Notes under the pieces: generated by a model
What the model was told of the DNA's origin: nothing
The model's input: the letters and a program-made list of their open reading frames with translations, nothing else
The model's database searches: none
Shown here: positions 37,457 through 54,069 of the stretch, one piece after another
How positions within the stretch are numbered: the stretch's first letter is position 1
Layout of the letters: every line of letters starts with the position of its first letter
Translations under genes and position numbers: made by a program
Source: Utricularia gibba
Taxonomy: Eukaryota > Plantae > Magnoliophyta
NCBI GenBank assembly: GCA_002189035.1
Contig: CM007990.1
Span: 558,001 to 622,000 of the forward strand
Length of the DNA: 64,000 nt
Direction of reading: 5' to 3'

Positions 37457-39566
37457 CTATACTGTAGCAACACCGGTGGAGCTTTTATCCGATGATGCAC
37501 CTTCACACCAGCAAACGTCCACAGAGGGCAGCTGGTACTCGTCTGGTTTCAGGGCCAATGCGAAATCAGGCAATGTTGGCACAGACTCGATGCTCCTGCA
37601 CGAAAAAGCATTCCCACTTAGCTTCATTCCCATTTACTCTACCTGCAAAAGAAGCCATTGATACAGACTTCATTCAGCTGGCACTTACCTTGTATGTGCG
37701 TAGAGATCCTTGTTGATTCGAACCTTGCTGGAGGCGTCTGAGGAGATCTTCTCAGAAAGATACTTCATGGTTCCCCAAAGGGGAGGATTCCTGTTCAAAA
37801 AGTGGCAATGCAACGGCTTATAGAGCAGCTTCTAGCTACAAAAAACCAGGCAGACACAAGGTTTTACCTAGACAGAGGCAGAGAAAAATGGAAAGCATCA
37901 CCTCTCTTCTTCCCTTCTTTCAGATACTCATCAGCAGCTTTCAGAGCTGCTGTAGCCATTCCATGGGACTTCTCTGTATTTCCCTCATCAAGAATCAGAC
38001 CGTGATAATAGTATGCTGCAGCCTACGATGACGAAAACAGGCAAAATGGATGCATAACTACATGTAGATTCTCATTCATATGGCTTCATTTTAGGATACC
38101 TTGGCTTCTGTGTGTTTCCACCTGATAAATAGCTTGTGTTTTTCACCCCAACCATTTGCTAACTGCAGGTTCATGATGTTGTCTTCAGCCTACGTAGTGA
38201 TCCCCAAGAATCACAAATTTGGGTGATGGTATAAAAGCAGAAGAGATGAGAAAACAATGAACTGCACCTGCTGCCAACATTTCACCATCTCACAGGCCAG
38301 TCTTCTCTTCACTGCCGTTGTCGCCTTCACACTGTCGATAGCGAGCCCGAGCTGAATGTCGACACCCTAACCATCAAAAACTCTTGTCACGAATGAAAAT
38401 CAACAGAAACCATAAGCTTATAACATGTTTGCAAGTAAACATCTAATGGGAGTACCTGACCAAGCGCTTGGAGGCAAAGTGCACGTAATGTTCCTTCATG
38501 AAGGTCTAATGGAAGCTTTCGTCTGTAGAAGATAAGGTGATTAGGCCATTAACTCTTTCCTATGCTAAATGATACTTACAGTAAAAGGAAGATATAGCTG
38601 CCTGGTTTCGTTGGGAAGTTGTGGAAGAACATGCTGAACTGCACAGTCAAGGTAACCAGCTGCTTTTAAGAAAATATCGACAGAAGCACGCCGGTTCCCT
38701 GTTGAAATTGCATATGAAGAATGTTGAAATCACTGATACAGGAATAAAGCATACTTGGGAGTCTGAAAGCTACCTTCTGAGACCTTTGTTTGGTAGCCAT
38801 CTATGGCTGTTCTTGGAAGCAGTACGAAATTAGCTTGTGATAAGGATAACGCCGCCATCAAGTGCAAAACTGAAAGCACTTCATACCAAGCATTGGATAT
38901 TGCAGTTTCCTGTGCAGAGAATATGGATAACTGAACAAGGGGAGATTCTGCAGGATACAAGTCACGATAAATGATCTAACCTCTACTGTATCTTCTTGAT
39001 TTACCCAAACAAACTGAGTTTTGTGCTGTAAAGGACAAGCTGCAAAACTAAAACTTGTGATGCGACCTCAAGTGATGATCAAGTATCAACCCCAAATTTC
39101 AAGTATTGCTTCTGAAAACAGGAGCATATTGATACAACTCTACCCTTTCAACTTCTAAATTCAAAACTAGTCCCCATTCAACAAAGTAAAGTCACATGAA
39201 ACATTTCCAGCGTGGACTTGAGTTCGGTCATTCAAGGAACTTACCATCTTTAACCAATCCCAGCAAAGCAGGCAAGTAGTCTTCCAGAGCTTGAAGAAGA
39301 TCCACCAAAATTGAACCATGCTGAGTAGAAGTCCTTCTCGTTGCGGCCATTGTTGTAGCTCCTTGAGCCATCAAAGCAACTACTCTAGTTCTCAGAGCAG
39401 AAAGGCGCTCAACTAAGCTTACACTCAGATGATCACTGAGGGAAAGGGAGAAATCAACTGGCTTCGGCATTCGGAAGCCAGGAACATATACAATAACTTC
39501 TCCAATCTTAGTTGGTGTCCTCCTGTTTGAACCAGCATCCTCTGGAGTCGATACACAGCACCCCAT
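37457..39566 (-). CDS. Endosomal-targeting BRO1-like domain protein (BROX-like)
   Basis: MGCCVSTP (N-myristoylation/palmitoylation-like), WYEVLSVLHLMA, RRASVDIFLKAAGYLDCAV, AVKRRLACEMVKCWQQ, AAAYYYHGLILDEGN, PTLPDFALALKPDEYQLP. One intron (38523-38601) needs a GC donor. Confidence 0.9.
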
Positions 39567-42265
39567 TGCCTATTGATTCCTATAGCTGACAAAAAGATCC
39601 CTATGAACTCCCGTTGAATGACTCCATTAAACAAGAGACAACAGGAGCAAAAGAGGGGAGTAGTTCTGCCTCTGATGTTTGTCACAATACATTTGCAAAA
39701 CCAGTATGAATGGAAGGAAATTACAAAGCAATCATGAGTGTTGGAACTATTATAACGAACTTGACAGCTGAAGCATATGATTAACCTACTTTCTGGATGC
39801 ACACCATATGATTCAAATGCAGAAAACTACATTCAAACAAGGTAAATTAACCAAAAGATACCCCAATATGGCATCAAGGTCACATGAAAGTTGGGCCAAA
39901 AGCGAAGCTTCTCCACCTAAGAACCGACTTTTTTTGCAAGTTTTCCGTGAAGTTAGTTTAACCCAGAAAGCATCAGGTTCCAACAAAAAACACTCTTTCC
40001 AACATTAGAGATGTCATCAAGCAAGCCTTTCCCGCGTTTATTCTTTTAGCTTTTTATACTTTTATAATGCAAGTATTGCAACAAAGAGAAGAAATCAAAC
40101 TTTCAAATTGTGCAGCTCCCTTCCCAAAAATACCCCACCCCATCAACATACCTAGAAATAGAAGCAGTGAAAGGGAAAAAAAAGGCCACAACCAGAATAA
40201 AGTCGTTATCAGCCTGAAACTCTCCAAGTTTGGAGCTTGAATAAAGCAGAGAGTGAATCTTCCAAAATCGCATTAGAATTCGCGCAACCCACAAAAGAAA
40301 CTCCACAGAAACAGGAAAAAGAGAGTAATGACATGGGAAAAAGAGAGAATTCAGACTTCACAGAAACTTGCACGTATCAATAGAGTGAAGTTCAGGGCAA
40401 GTAGTCCCGTAACTGGTACGAGATTAAACAACTGTTCTGTTGCATCCAAATCTACAGAAACCTACATTAAATACAGGCTCAGAAACCCACCAAGTAACCG
40501 GTACGAACGACCAGAAAAGCATTTCAAAAGTCCCCTCAAGGTGAAGTACCAGATGTCGTCTGTCGAGGAGCTGTGGCGCCAAGTCAAAACTTTTACGTCA
40601 CAACACGAAGCCCCCACCAGGTTCTCGACACCTTTCTAACCTCACATGGATTGTTTACTACCCAGAAAAATCCTCGTCACAGAAGCCACGTCCTGTCCTA
40701 AGCCTGCAGTTATCACAAGTCCTCCAAAAATCATGCCCCCCAATCTTCCTTCATCCCCCATCAACCATTTTCAGTGCCCTCCCCAACCATGAGCTTCCAT
40801 CAAGAAATTGAAGTGCAACAGTAAAATACATCTAGAATCTTCATACCAAATGAACCCAACTTACCATATTATCATCGTTTTACTGTTTTTTTTTCAAAAT
40901 TCAAAATTGATATATTACATTAAGTTTAATAAAAATTATGTGATTTATTTAAATTATAAAATAAATTTTAATTAAACACACACATATATAAATTTATAAA
41001 AAAATCAAATTCTATATGAATTTAGTGTATCAGAAAAAAAACCCAATATTCTCAATTCACTATTTTCATACAATTAATGGAAAAACAACATTAATTTATT
41101 AAAATAATAATATAATTCATTTTAAATACGTGAATAATATTTATATTAATTAATAATTTTCATGCATTAGGGTGCAATTGATGAATGGAAAAGCATTTAT
41201 TGTTCACGTACGGGTGCTATATGCCTATTGGGTGGACTCTCTTTTTGTATTTAGAAAAAAATGATGGATTAATTAATGCTAATTGCGCAGATTAGATTTC
41301 TTAAGAGAATATCTTCAACACTTGGTACGTCTAATCATTAACCTTTGACTTCAACCGCATTCATTTCAATCCACCATCATCATCCCCTCGAACACATTTT
41401 TTTTCCCAATTTTTTTGACTTGTTTAATTTAGATTTCCGATTTTATTGAAATAATAGTAAATTAAAACACTTCTAATTTTACCAAAAAAGAATAACATAA
41501 AATTTTAAGGAATTATGTGTCTAAAGTTGTTACAACTCACACTCTTCTAATATGATATTAATCATGCATTTATATTCTACTCTACTTATACACTCAAGGT
41601 TATGATTAGATGCTCCAAATTCTAACTATTGGCATGTACTTGAGTTTGGACTCAAATATCAAATATCATGTTTTACATACATTTTATATGATATTATTTC
41701 TTTCGAATATTTAATTTATATAATTTTATATTTTCTTTTTCGAAGAAAAAATGTTATATAAAATTAATGAGATTACTCTCTTTAAACAAATCTCTTGATC
41801 TATTAATAATCAATGTGATATAAATCTTTGACCTTATTATTTATGAAATGTTTTCTAAAAATAGAAACTATTTTTAGTTTTTTTTTAAATCATGATAATT
41901 ACGAAAGTACTCTAAAATATATTGGATGATAATTAAATTAATGTTCTTAGGTTAATCCAGCTAATATATTAAATAATTCAAAATTAAGAGGTTGAATTGG
42001 GGAAATGGTGCCGACAACCCGATAGCCCAATTGACAAATATAGCTTGAAATAAATAAATAAAATCAGAAAAAAGAAAAAGAAAACTGTGGGTTTTGGTTT
42101 TATTGGGCCGGAAAGCGGTGAAAGCCCAGTACTGAAGTTGTTTTTCAAATTCTCACCTTTGTTTCCGAACGTTGTCCGTTGCTCTGGATCTAGCCGTTTT
42201 GCTTGAACTTGGAGCCGCTCGGTTTGCTTCCACCATCGACGGTATCGTTCCTCAGCACAAGTCGG

Positions 42266-44159
42266 ATGGAGGAGCCATGGAAAGGGGAAATGGAGAGCGT
42301 TAATGATTTGAATTGCAGTTTTTACTCGCCGACGCCGCCGAGAAACAAGGAAACATCAATCAACAAAGTCGTGGAGGAGTCCGCGGAGGCTCTCAAGAAG
42401 TGGGTTGCTGCGTACTCGTCTATTTGCCAGAGAGATTAACGTGATTTTTCATTCTAATTCCATCAATTTTTGGCGGTTTTCAGGTATGGGGAATTACTTG
42501 ACATTTTTCATGGCATGACGTGCTCAATAAGGCTCCTGGGTTTAAAGAAGAGAATGCCTACGTTTCAAAGAATTAGCAGACAAGTTGAAATACTCACCGG
42601 AAGGTATGTTTTCTCTTGTTTTACATGAGAATCTTTTTGAAGCGGGAGGGAAATTGAAGATATGCGCGGCTGTTTGGAAGCTGATTTAAGTGGCTTTCGT
42701 GAATCAGGGAGTTTTCCTGCACGCTCCTTGCGCAGATAAAGCACTTGCTTCCTGAAGCAGTTCAGATTGAGAAGATTCTCTTGCATGATCTTGAACTCAA
42801 ATGCATGAGGCCAGATATGAAGATATGGTTTCATCTTGATGTTGTAAGCGATCATGAAGAAGTGTCTGTGTTTGTGGCTCTGAGGAAGCTTTTCTGCTCC
42901 AGGCTTAGAGAGTATCATTCGGCACATCCGGATGTAAGTTTGCTTTTCGTTGTTCATGTTACATCATGTGAACTAGTTTGGTTTCCAGCTGAAAGACAGA
43001 TAGTTTGAAAACAAACTTGTTCAGAGATGTGAGGTCTGCAAATTCATGGTATTTGTACTCCCTTTTCCCTGTCCATGAAGTGGCAAGTTTTTACTAGCTG
43101 TTGCTGCTCAGCTTATGTTGATTCTTGCTCCTGTCTGATTACCTTAATCCTCAGTTTCTGTTATCACTAACAGGCAGTTGATATACCTGAAGCTGAACTA
43201 CCAGTTCCATTCTACCGGAAAATAGTCTCCATGAAGGAGAACTTGCTGCCGGACAACTTGACCGATGGGGTTAATGAAATGGATGATGTTTGTAATCCAA
43301 CTCATCTCCCCTCTTCCTTTGTAAGGAAATTCTCAGGGAAGACATGTGCTCCTATTATGGAGAAGACGGATATCTCTGTTGCTGCTCACCCTTGTGATAC
43401 TGATGGAGAGATTGATGTGCCTGGGTTGCTCCCCCGTCTTTCCCCCAATATTGTATGCGAGAACACTCCTCTGAAACCCGTGAAAGGGATTGAAGTTGCA
43501 ACGCCATCACTTTCTACACCGATGAGACCAATTTCAACAGGATCAGTACTCAGCTGTGAAGATGAGAACAAGAAAAACACAAGTGCAACGAATGAGCAGG
43601 GCACTAGATCTGCCAAGAAGTCATTAACGTTTTATGGGATGGATGGAGAAAAGGATGTGCTGCCTCACAAGAAAATATCTACTCGTTCATCTGACTTTGT
43701 CATCATGATTCATCAAGTATTCAAGGCTGCCGACTTCTGCTCACTTACAAAGGGAGAGCTGGTTCACAAGATTATCATGAACAAACTTGACCTCATTGAT
43801 CCATGTAAGTTCGATGATCAACTTTCTGACATGATCCTGTATATATATTTTGACACTCGGTATGATTCTTTAGCTGAGGTTGAAATGCAAGTGGAGCGCA
43901 TCGAGAAGCTTGTTCCAGATTGGCTTTGTAAAAAACTGCTCCACAGTGGTGACCTTATATACAAGTAAAAATTCTCATTCTTCCCACTGTGCGAACTTCT
44001 AGTTCTAGGTGCTCAGTACACAGCATATTGGAAACATTTGAGAATTTACAAGTCAGGCAAATCTGGCTACTGCGATTTTGTTAATATGCCTTCTTCCTTT
44101 GCAGACTGAAGACAGTTTCAGATCTCAATTCTGTATGTGAAATGGTTGATGCTTCATGA
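42266..44159 (+). CDS. CDT1: DNA replication licensing factor CDT1-like
   Basis: YGELLDIFHGMTCSIRLLGLKKRMPTFQRISRQVEILTGR, LAQIKHLLPEAVQIEKILLHDLELKCMRPDMKI, DIPEAELP, and C-terminal LTKGELVHKII...LVPDWLCKK...GDLIY. First and last exon boundaries are less certain. Confidence 0.85.
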
Positions 44160-44398
44160 TTAGGTACTCCTTGTGAGCTGGATTGTTTTCAACTAATGCT
44201 TTCGTTCCAGTAAATACTGTGGATCCACTATCTTTGCAGGCTCGTAGCCGTTCTCACTCGGGCAATGCTGTGGATCAGAGCTTTGAAGTGATCCTTCATA
44301 CTTAACCCTCACATTTAACTCCCTCTAGAAATATGTGCAAATGGAAACTCTGATACTTGACTGATATATTTTACTTGGAAAATGTCTGCCTCCGTAAC

Positions 44399-46495
44399 TT
44401 ACTGTGACAGTTCTAAATTCACTATGCTGCTGCTATTGCCATTTACACTTGAAAGTAGCCCTCTTAGGTAGCCTAGTTGCTGAGATTCTCCTTGGAGTTC
44501 TTCCCACTGCAGCAACACCATACACAGAAACAGGTTTCAGCATAGGAACTCTTAAATTTTATGTAAACATTTCATTCAAGTCGTAAAATTGGCACGAAAG
44601 AACTCACTTCTTGATGAGATACAGATATGAGCTTCCAACCGGCAGCATTCATGCAGCGCCGTTTGAGCACAGTATGTCCTAGTGGAGCTCCTGCAATGGT
44701 ATCATGCAGCAGTCAGTTTGAGGTAAGTGCAGGTTTGGAGATTTTAGATATAAATGATAAGAAGCCAGACCGGAGTTCCGGAGAAATGAGTTGGGCCATC
44801 GATTTCCAGTGCAACTTTCCGATCAACCCAGGCAGCATCCAAAGTGTACCCCTCCACATTAAACTCTTTCACCCAATCTAAACCAGTGCTGACAAGGAGA
44901 CGCAAAACCTCCTTTTGGAAGGAGGAAGTCACCTTCTGGTTGAACTTCCTTGTTTTTCTGGCAACAGCAGTACTGTTCTCTAGTTCTCTGGGCATAGACA
45001 GCTGAAGATGTGGATATTCCAGTCTGAGACAGAGATCCACAAGATGAAGCTGTGATGCAAAGACAATATCCCTCTTGTATTGATCAGAAATCTGGTCTTC
45101 GCATTGGCAGAGCTCTCTCCAAATATGCAAGAAGTATGGCCGATCCAACTGTCCCAGAACAGCGTAAGACCAACATATGTTACCCATCTGATCTCTTTCA
45201 AGGATCTGCTGTTGCTGCTGTTCATTCTTGAGCGTACTGTCAAGAGCCTCAAGCAGGGGCTCTGCAGGCTCGCACAGTGAAGCAAAAGCCCACAAGACTT
45301 GGACGATTTCTTGTGGCTGAAAGGTGTGGATTATTTCTGAGGCTCTCAAGGAAAGTTCTGAGAAGAGATGAGGAGCAGAATGCCGCATAGAAGCAAATGC
45401 TCCGGCCAAATTCGCAACATTCTGCGAGTTGAATCCGGTCACTTTCGCCATAGCTACTTCAGCAACTCTGTCCATTTCAGATAAGTACAGCAGCTCGCCT
45501 CCGATCTTCGACAACGCCCAAGCGATGTTAGAAACGCCTTGTGGTGAGCAATCAGGCAAGGCGACCATGGCCATTCCGACGAGCATCGACATCTCTCGTT
45601 TACGAGCAAATGCAAGCCTGTTAGAACTGATCATGGACACTTTCTCCATGTTCTTGGCTATTCTGTGTAGTGCTGTGGCTATGTTTAATGGAGACAGTGG
45701 CGAAGGGCTGAGGCCTTTCGCGACGGCGACGATCATATCGGCGGTGATGTCGAGCACTTGTTCAGCTGTCTGTGCTTCAACAATGGACTTGTTCAACTTG
45801 ATTTCTTTCGCTCTATCAGAAGCACCTGAAAACTGTGACAGTCTCTGAACGAACACTTCCTTTGCCTTCTCCTTCCTTTCCTCGAACATCCCATCGGCAA
45901 GTAGACCGACGGTTCTGCGAAGGGTGCCTATCGGCGGATCAACGTCCAGTTGTTCTTCAATGCCGAAATCAAGATCGTCGTCATCGTCTTCATCCTCGTC
46001 GGAGTTGGATTTCTCGAAATCCGATTGCTTACTCTTCTTCTTTTTCTTCCTCTTTTTATCCTGTGTAACCATGCTCTTCATTTTCGCAGATAATCCCCTG
46101 GCCTCGATCGACTTCAAAGCAATTTTTCGTGCCCTAACGCACCAATCCATTTTCTCAGCTTCTGGCAACAATCTGGATTCGGGTACCTTCTTATTCTTCT
46201 TCTTTTGTGCGTCTTCGGGAGGGAGAAAACTTCGATTTGGCCCATTCTCCCCGAGAAAAATCGCCTCCCAATTTGCTTCAGAAATACTTGAACTTTCGCC
46301 CGCCGCCTCCTCGCCGTCGTCCACGGAATCCAGAGTTGGGACCGTCCGGAAATTGCCATCAGGAGTGACAGGTTTCACACTACAGCGCTTCCGAAATGCA
46401 GAGGTGAAGCGAACTGAAGGACGAAGAACGGAGAACGAAGGTGTGAGGGGTTTCGGAGAGGGAAGCCATGAGCTGAGCAACGAAGATGCTTCCAT
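44399..46495 (-). CDS. RAP: Chloroplast RAP-domain (octotricopeptide) protein for 16S rRNA maturation; 1-nt frameshift at end of exon 1 as sequenced
   Basis: Long exon with DWCVRARKIALKSIEARGL, LSPLNIATALHRIAKNME, CSPQGVSNIAWALSKIGG and KVALEIDGPTHFS. Downstream exons GAPLGHTVLKRR...AGWKLISVSHQE|WEELQG complete the RAP domain only if one base is added near 44780. Confidence 0.9.
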
Positions 46496-46645
46496 GGATA
46501 AGATTTCGATTCCTTCGTATCTGTTAGGCCAAAGCATTCAGCCATTTAGGTTTCGTGCATTCCGTTATCGTACTTTTATGACATTTATGCCCTTAGATTT
46601 TCGCGTATATAAATTGAGATTTACAACAGTCCTTGCACAAAGGAA

Positions 46646-47010
46646 ATGATGCTGAATTCGCCGGTACACGCCGTAGCCTCTCTTCGCTCTCCCTGGTTTC
46701 CTTGCTCTTTGCTCCCTCGAGTAAGCTTCCTTTTATCTGTTCATCACTCGTTACGCAAGATCGTTGGCTAATCTTCTGCATTTTTTTGTATCTAGTTTCT
46801 ACAGGAGAAGATTCGGGGAGCGACAATGGCGTTTTCCTGGCGAAATTAGTTATGAATTTGGTGATTTTGTTTTGTCTGAGAGTTTCCGCTGATCTGTTGA
46901 ATTTTCAGGCGGTGGTGCCGGAGAAGGAATTCAGGGTAAAAGTGGATTTGGAAACGATGGAATACGCTTACGTAGGAGCAAACAATAAGCACGATCCATA
47001 TTATCCGTAG
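46646..47010 (+). CDS. PSY: PSY-type (plant peptide containing sulfated tyrosine) precursor, 3 exons, about 73 aa after a 1-nt correction
   Basis: The last exon ends VDLETMEYAYVGANNKHDPYYP, matching the spacing of the PSY motif DYxxxxANxKHDP. Splice sites at 46720/46805 and 46848/46909. ATG 46646 is one base out of frame at AA 46655-56. Confidence 0.65.
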
Positions 47011-47846
47011 TACGCTCGCTCCTTAAACTCCCACTGCCTTCTTCGATACAGAAATTCTGGATGATTGTGCTTTTGTGCGTGTGAAAACTCCGTTAATGGT
47101 GATCAATTAACTAGATTGTTCGCTCTGCTTTTCTTTAGTTCCGGTCTGCAACTCTTCTTGCTAGATTATTGTTCGCTGATGCTTTCACGTTGCTCACAAA
47201 CTGAAAAACCGAAAACAAAACTGTTGTTCTACAGCATTCAAGAAGCAAATGGTGAATGAACTACACGGGGATTGTTCAGTCAATGAAGGTGCAGGCGGTA
47301 TTCTCTAGCTTGACAACCTCCATTCGAATGGGACGATGATTCATCGTCTTCTTCTATGTTGTTCTATGCTTGGATTTGAACACTGGCATTGATATTATTA
47401 TCTTAAAGGTTGCCTCATGGTCCCCTGGTTTGTTTTTTTTGCTTGGCAGATAACGTACTCGTCATTGATGCAACCGCCAGCAGAAGCCCTTGCCCGAATA
47501 AAAGAGGGCGGTGCTAGTTTCTATCGGGGCAAGAAGCGGAATCCGATTGGGCCTGGACCCAATTACAAAGGTATGACCCGACACAGTTCTGTTTATCATT
47601 TGAAAATGGACTAAAGCTTGGACAAAGGCCCAACATGACTATTTTTTTTCTTTGTTTATTTACATTGAACCTGTAGTTCTATTTAAAGAAAGAAGAGGGG
47701 TGAAAAGCCGGAGTGCTTGGAATGTGTAGAGCCTCACAAAGCTTGTGGTGAAAAGAACAATGGATCACTTCTGTTTTTGCACCAAGCATCAACCAATTCC
47801 CATTGCGATTCTAATTCTAACCTCCGTTCATTCACCCTCCACAACC

Positions 47847-49046
<1,200 letters not shown>

Positions 49047-49344
49047 CTAACAACTAACTGCTTTCATCCTCCTCTGAGTGCATAACTTGAGTTGGGTGCT
49101 TAACCATCTTCCACCATTGTTTGGTGTTTCAGGACTCGGGGAGGAGGAGAGCAAGCTGGTGGACAGAACAAAGCAGAGCTCATCATGCCGTAATAAAGCT
49201 TTTTGTTTGTGAATATATCAATCACATGCACCATCCATCATTCTGAATACATCAATTACAATTTGCACCAAATCCTGCTGAACATGAACCCATTTATTCC
49301 TTACCAATCGGAGACCAAAAGCCCAGCTTCTGGAGGGCATGCAT

Positions 49345-53013
<3,669 letters not shown>

Positions 53014-54069
53014 GACAGTTTCCGATGGTGAGCTTCGAAGTGCCTGGAAGCCAAATTTTGGTCGTCTTGTCTACGGTTACTCTCGCTTTTTATAGCGGCA
53101 CACAGAAACGATATTTAATTTTCAACTTCCCCCCCTCCCCTTCAATTTTGTACTGAATAAATTACTGGAACTTCATTTTTCTAAATTAATATTAATGTCT
53201 CTATTTTTTTAAAAGACAAATAAAAAATATTTTTTAAAACTATTAACATATTTCATTTATTAAAGTAAAAAAAACTTAAATCTCCTACTCTTCTGGGATA
53301 ATATTTTAATTTATCCAAAACTAAAAATTTAGTAAATTTATATTTGATAAAATCAAATTATACGATATTCTATGTTTAAAAGGTTTTATCCTCCTAATTT
53401 TATATTTTTATTTTCAGAAAAAATACCTCGTACCAAATTAAGAAATTATTTCTATTTAATCACATTCTCTTTCGTAATGAATATGAGATACCATTTCCAA
53501 ACATTTGACCTTACATTCTTCATCATTGAGATATTAAACGTACTCCTTGAATAGCTCCTTTTCCACCATTGAAACAAGCATCTGGTATTCATAAATAACA
53601 TATATTATTTAATAAGAATTAATTATATTTTACCGAATATATCCCACACGAAAACCAATCAAACACTTCTCTAATTCCTTGACGTAACATTATTTTTGTC
53701 TTATTTTAAATTAAATAATAATGTGAAAAGAGTTTTAATCATTAGAAGCCAATAAGAATTGGTTTTCCTTTTGGTATGTCCTCAGTGCATTAATCCAACC
53801 GTCCAGTACATGTAATAATAAAATAATTGGCTGACGTGGACACATATAAAAGAAGAAATAATTATCTAAAAAATTTTAATTAATATTAGATTATACAGAA
53901 TTTCTTTTAAAAATTTCGAATATTTTTCTGAAATTTAAATAAAAATGATATTTTTATTAAGAGAAAATTTGACCAAGTATTGACTATGTCAACGCAGAAT
54001 CCAATCCGAAGAGACGACGGAGAAAGGAGCACAGTGAAGGTATCCATTTTCTTGAGAAACAGGGACCGA

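Noticed and set aside
37715-37724. GGTTCGAATC B-box-like motif on the minus strand
   Set aside because: It encodes KVRI within a BRO1 exon, with no A-box or cloverleaf.
38100-38110. GTATCCT donor in BRO1 resembling a U12 intron
   Set aside because: The match breaks after position 7 and there is no U12 branch-point consensus; treated as an ordinary GT-AG intron.
45924-46649. 241-aa and other long plus-strand ORFs opposite RAP, and similar antisense ORFs opposite WIP, TCP, ABCG11 and NOC2
   Set aside because: These are shadow frames of GC-rich coding exons, with low-complexity translations and no independent evidence.
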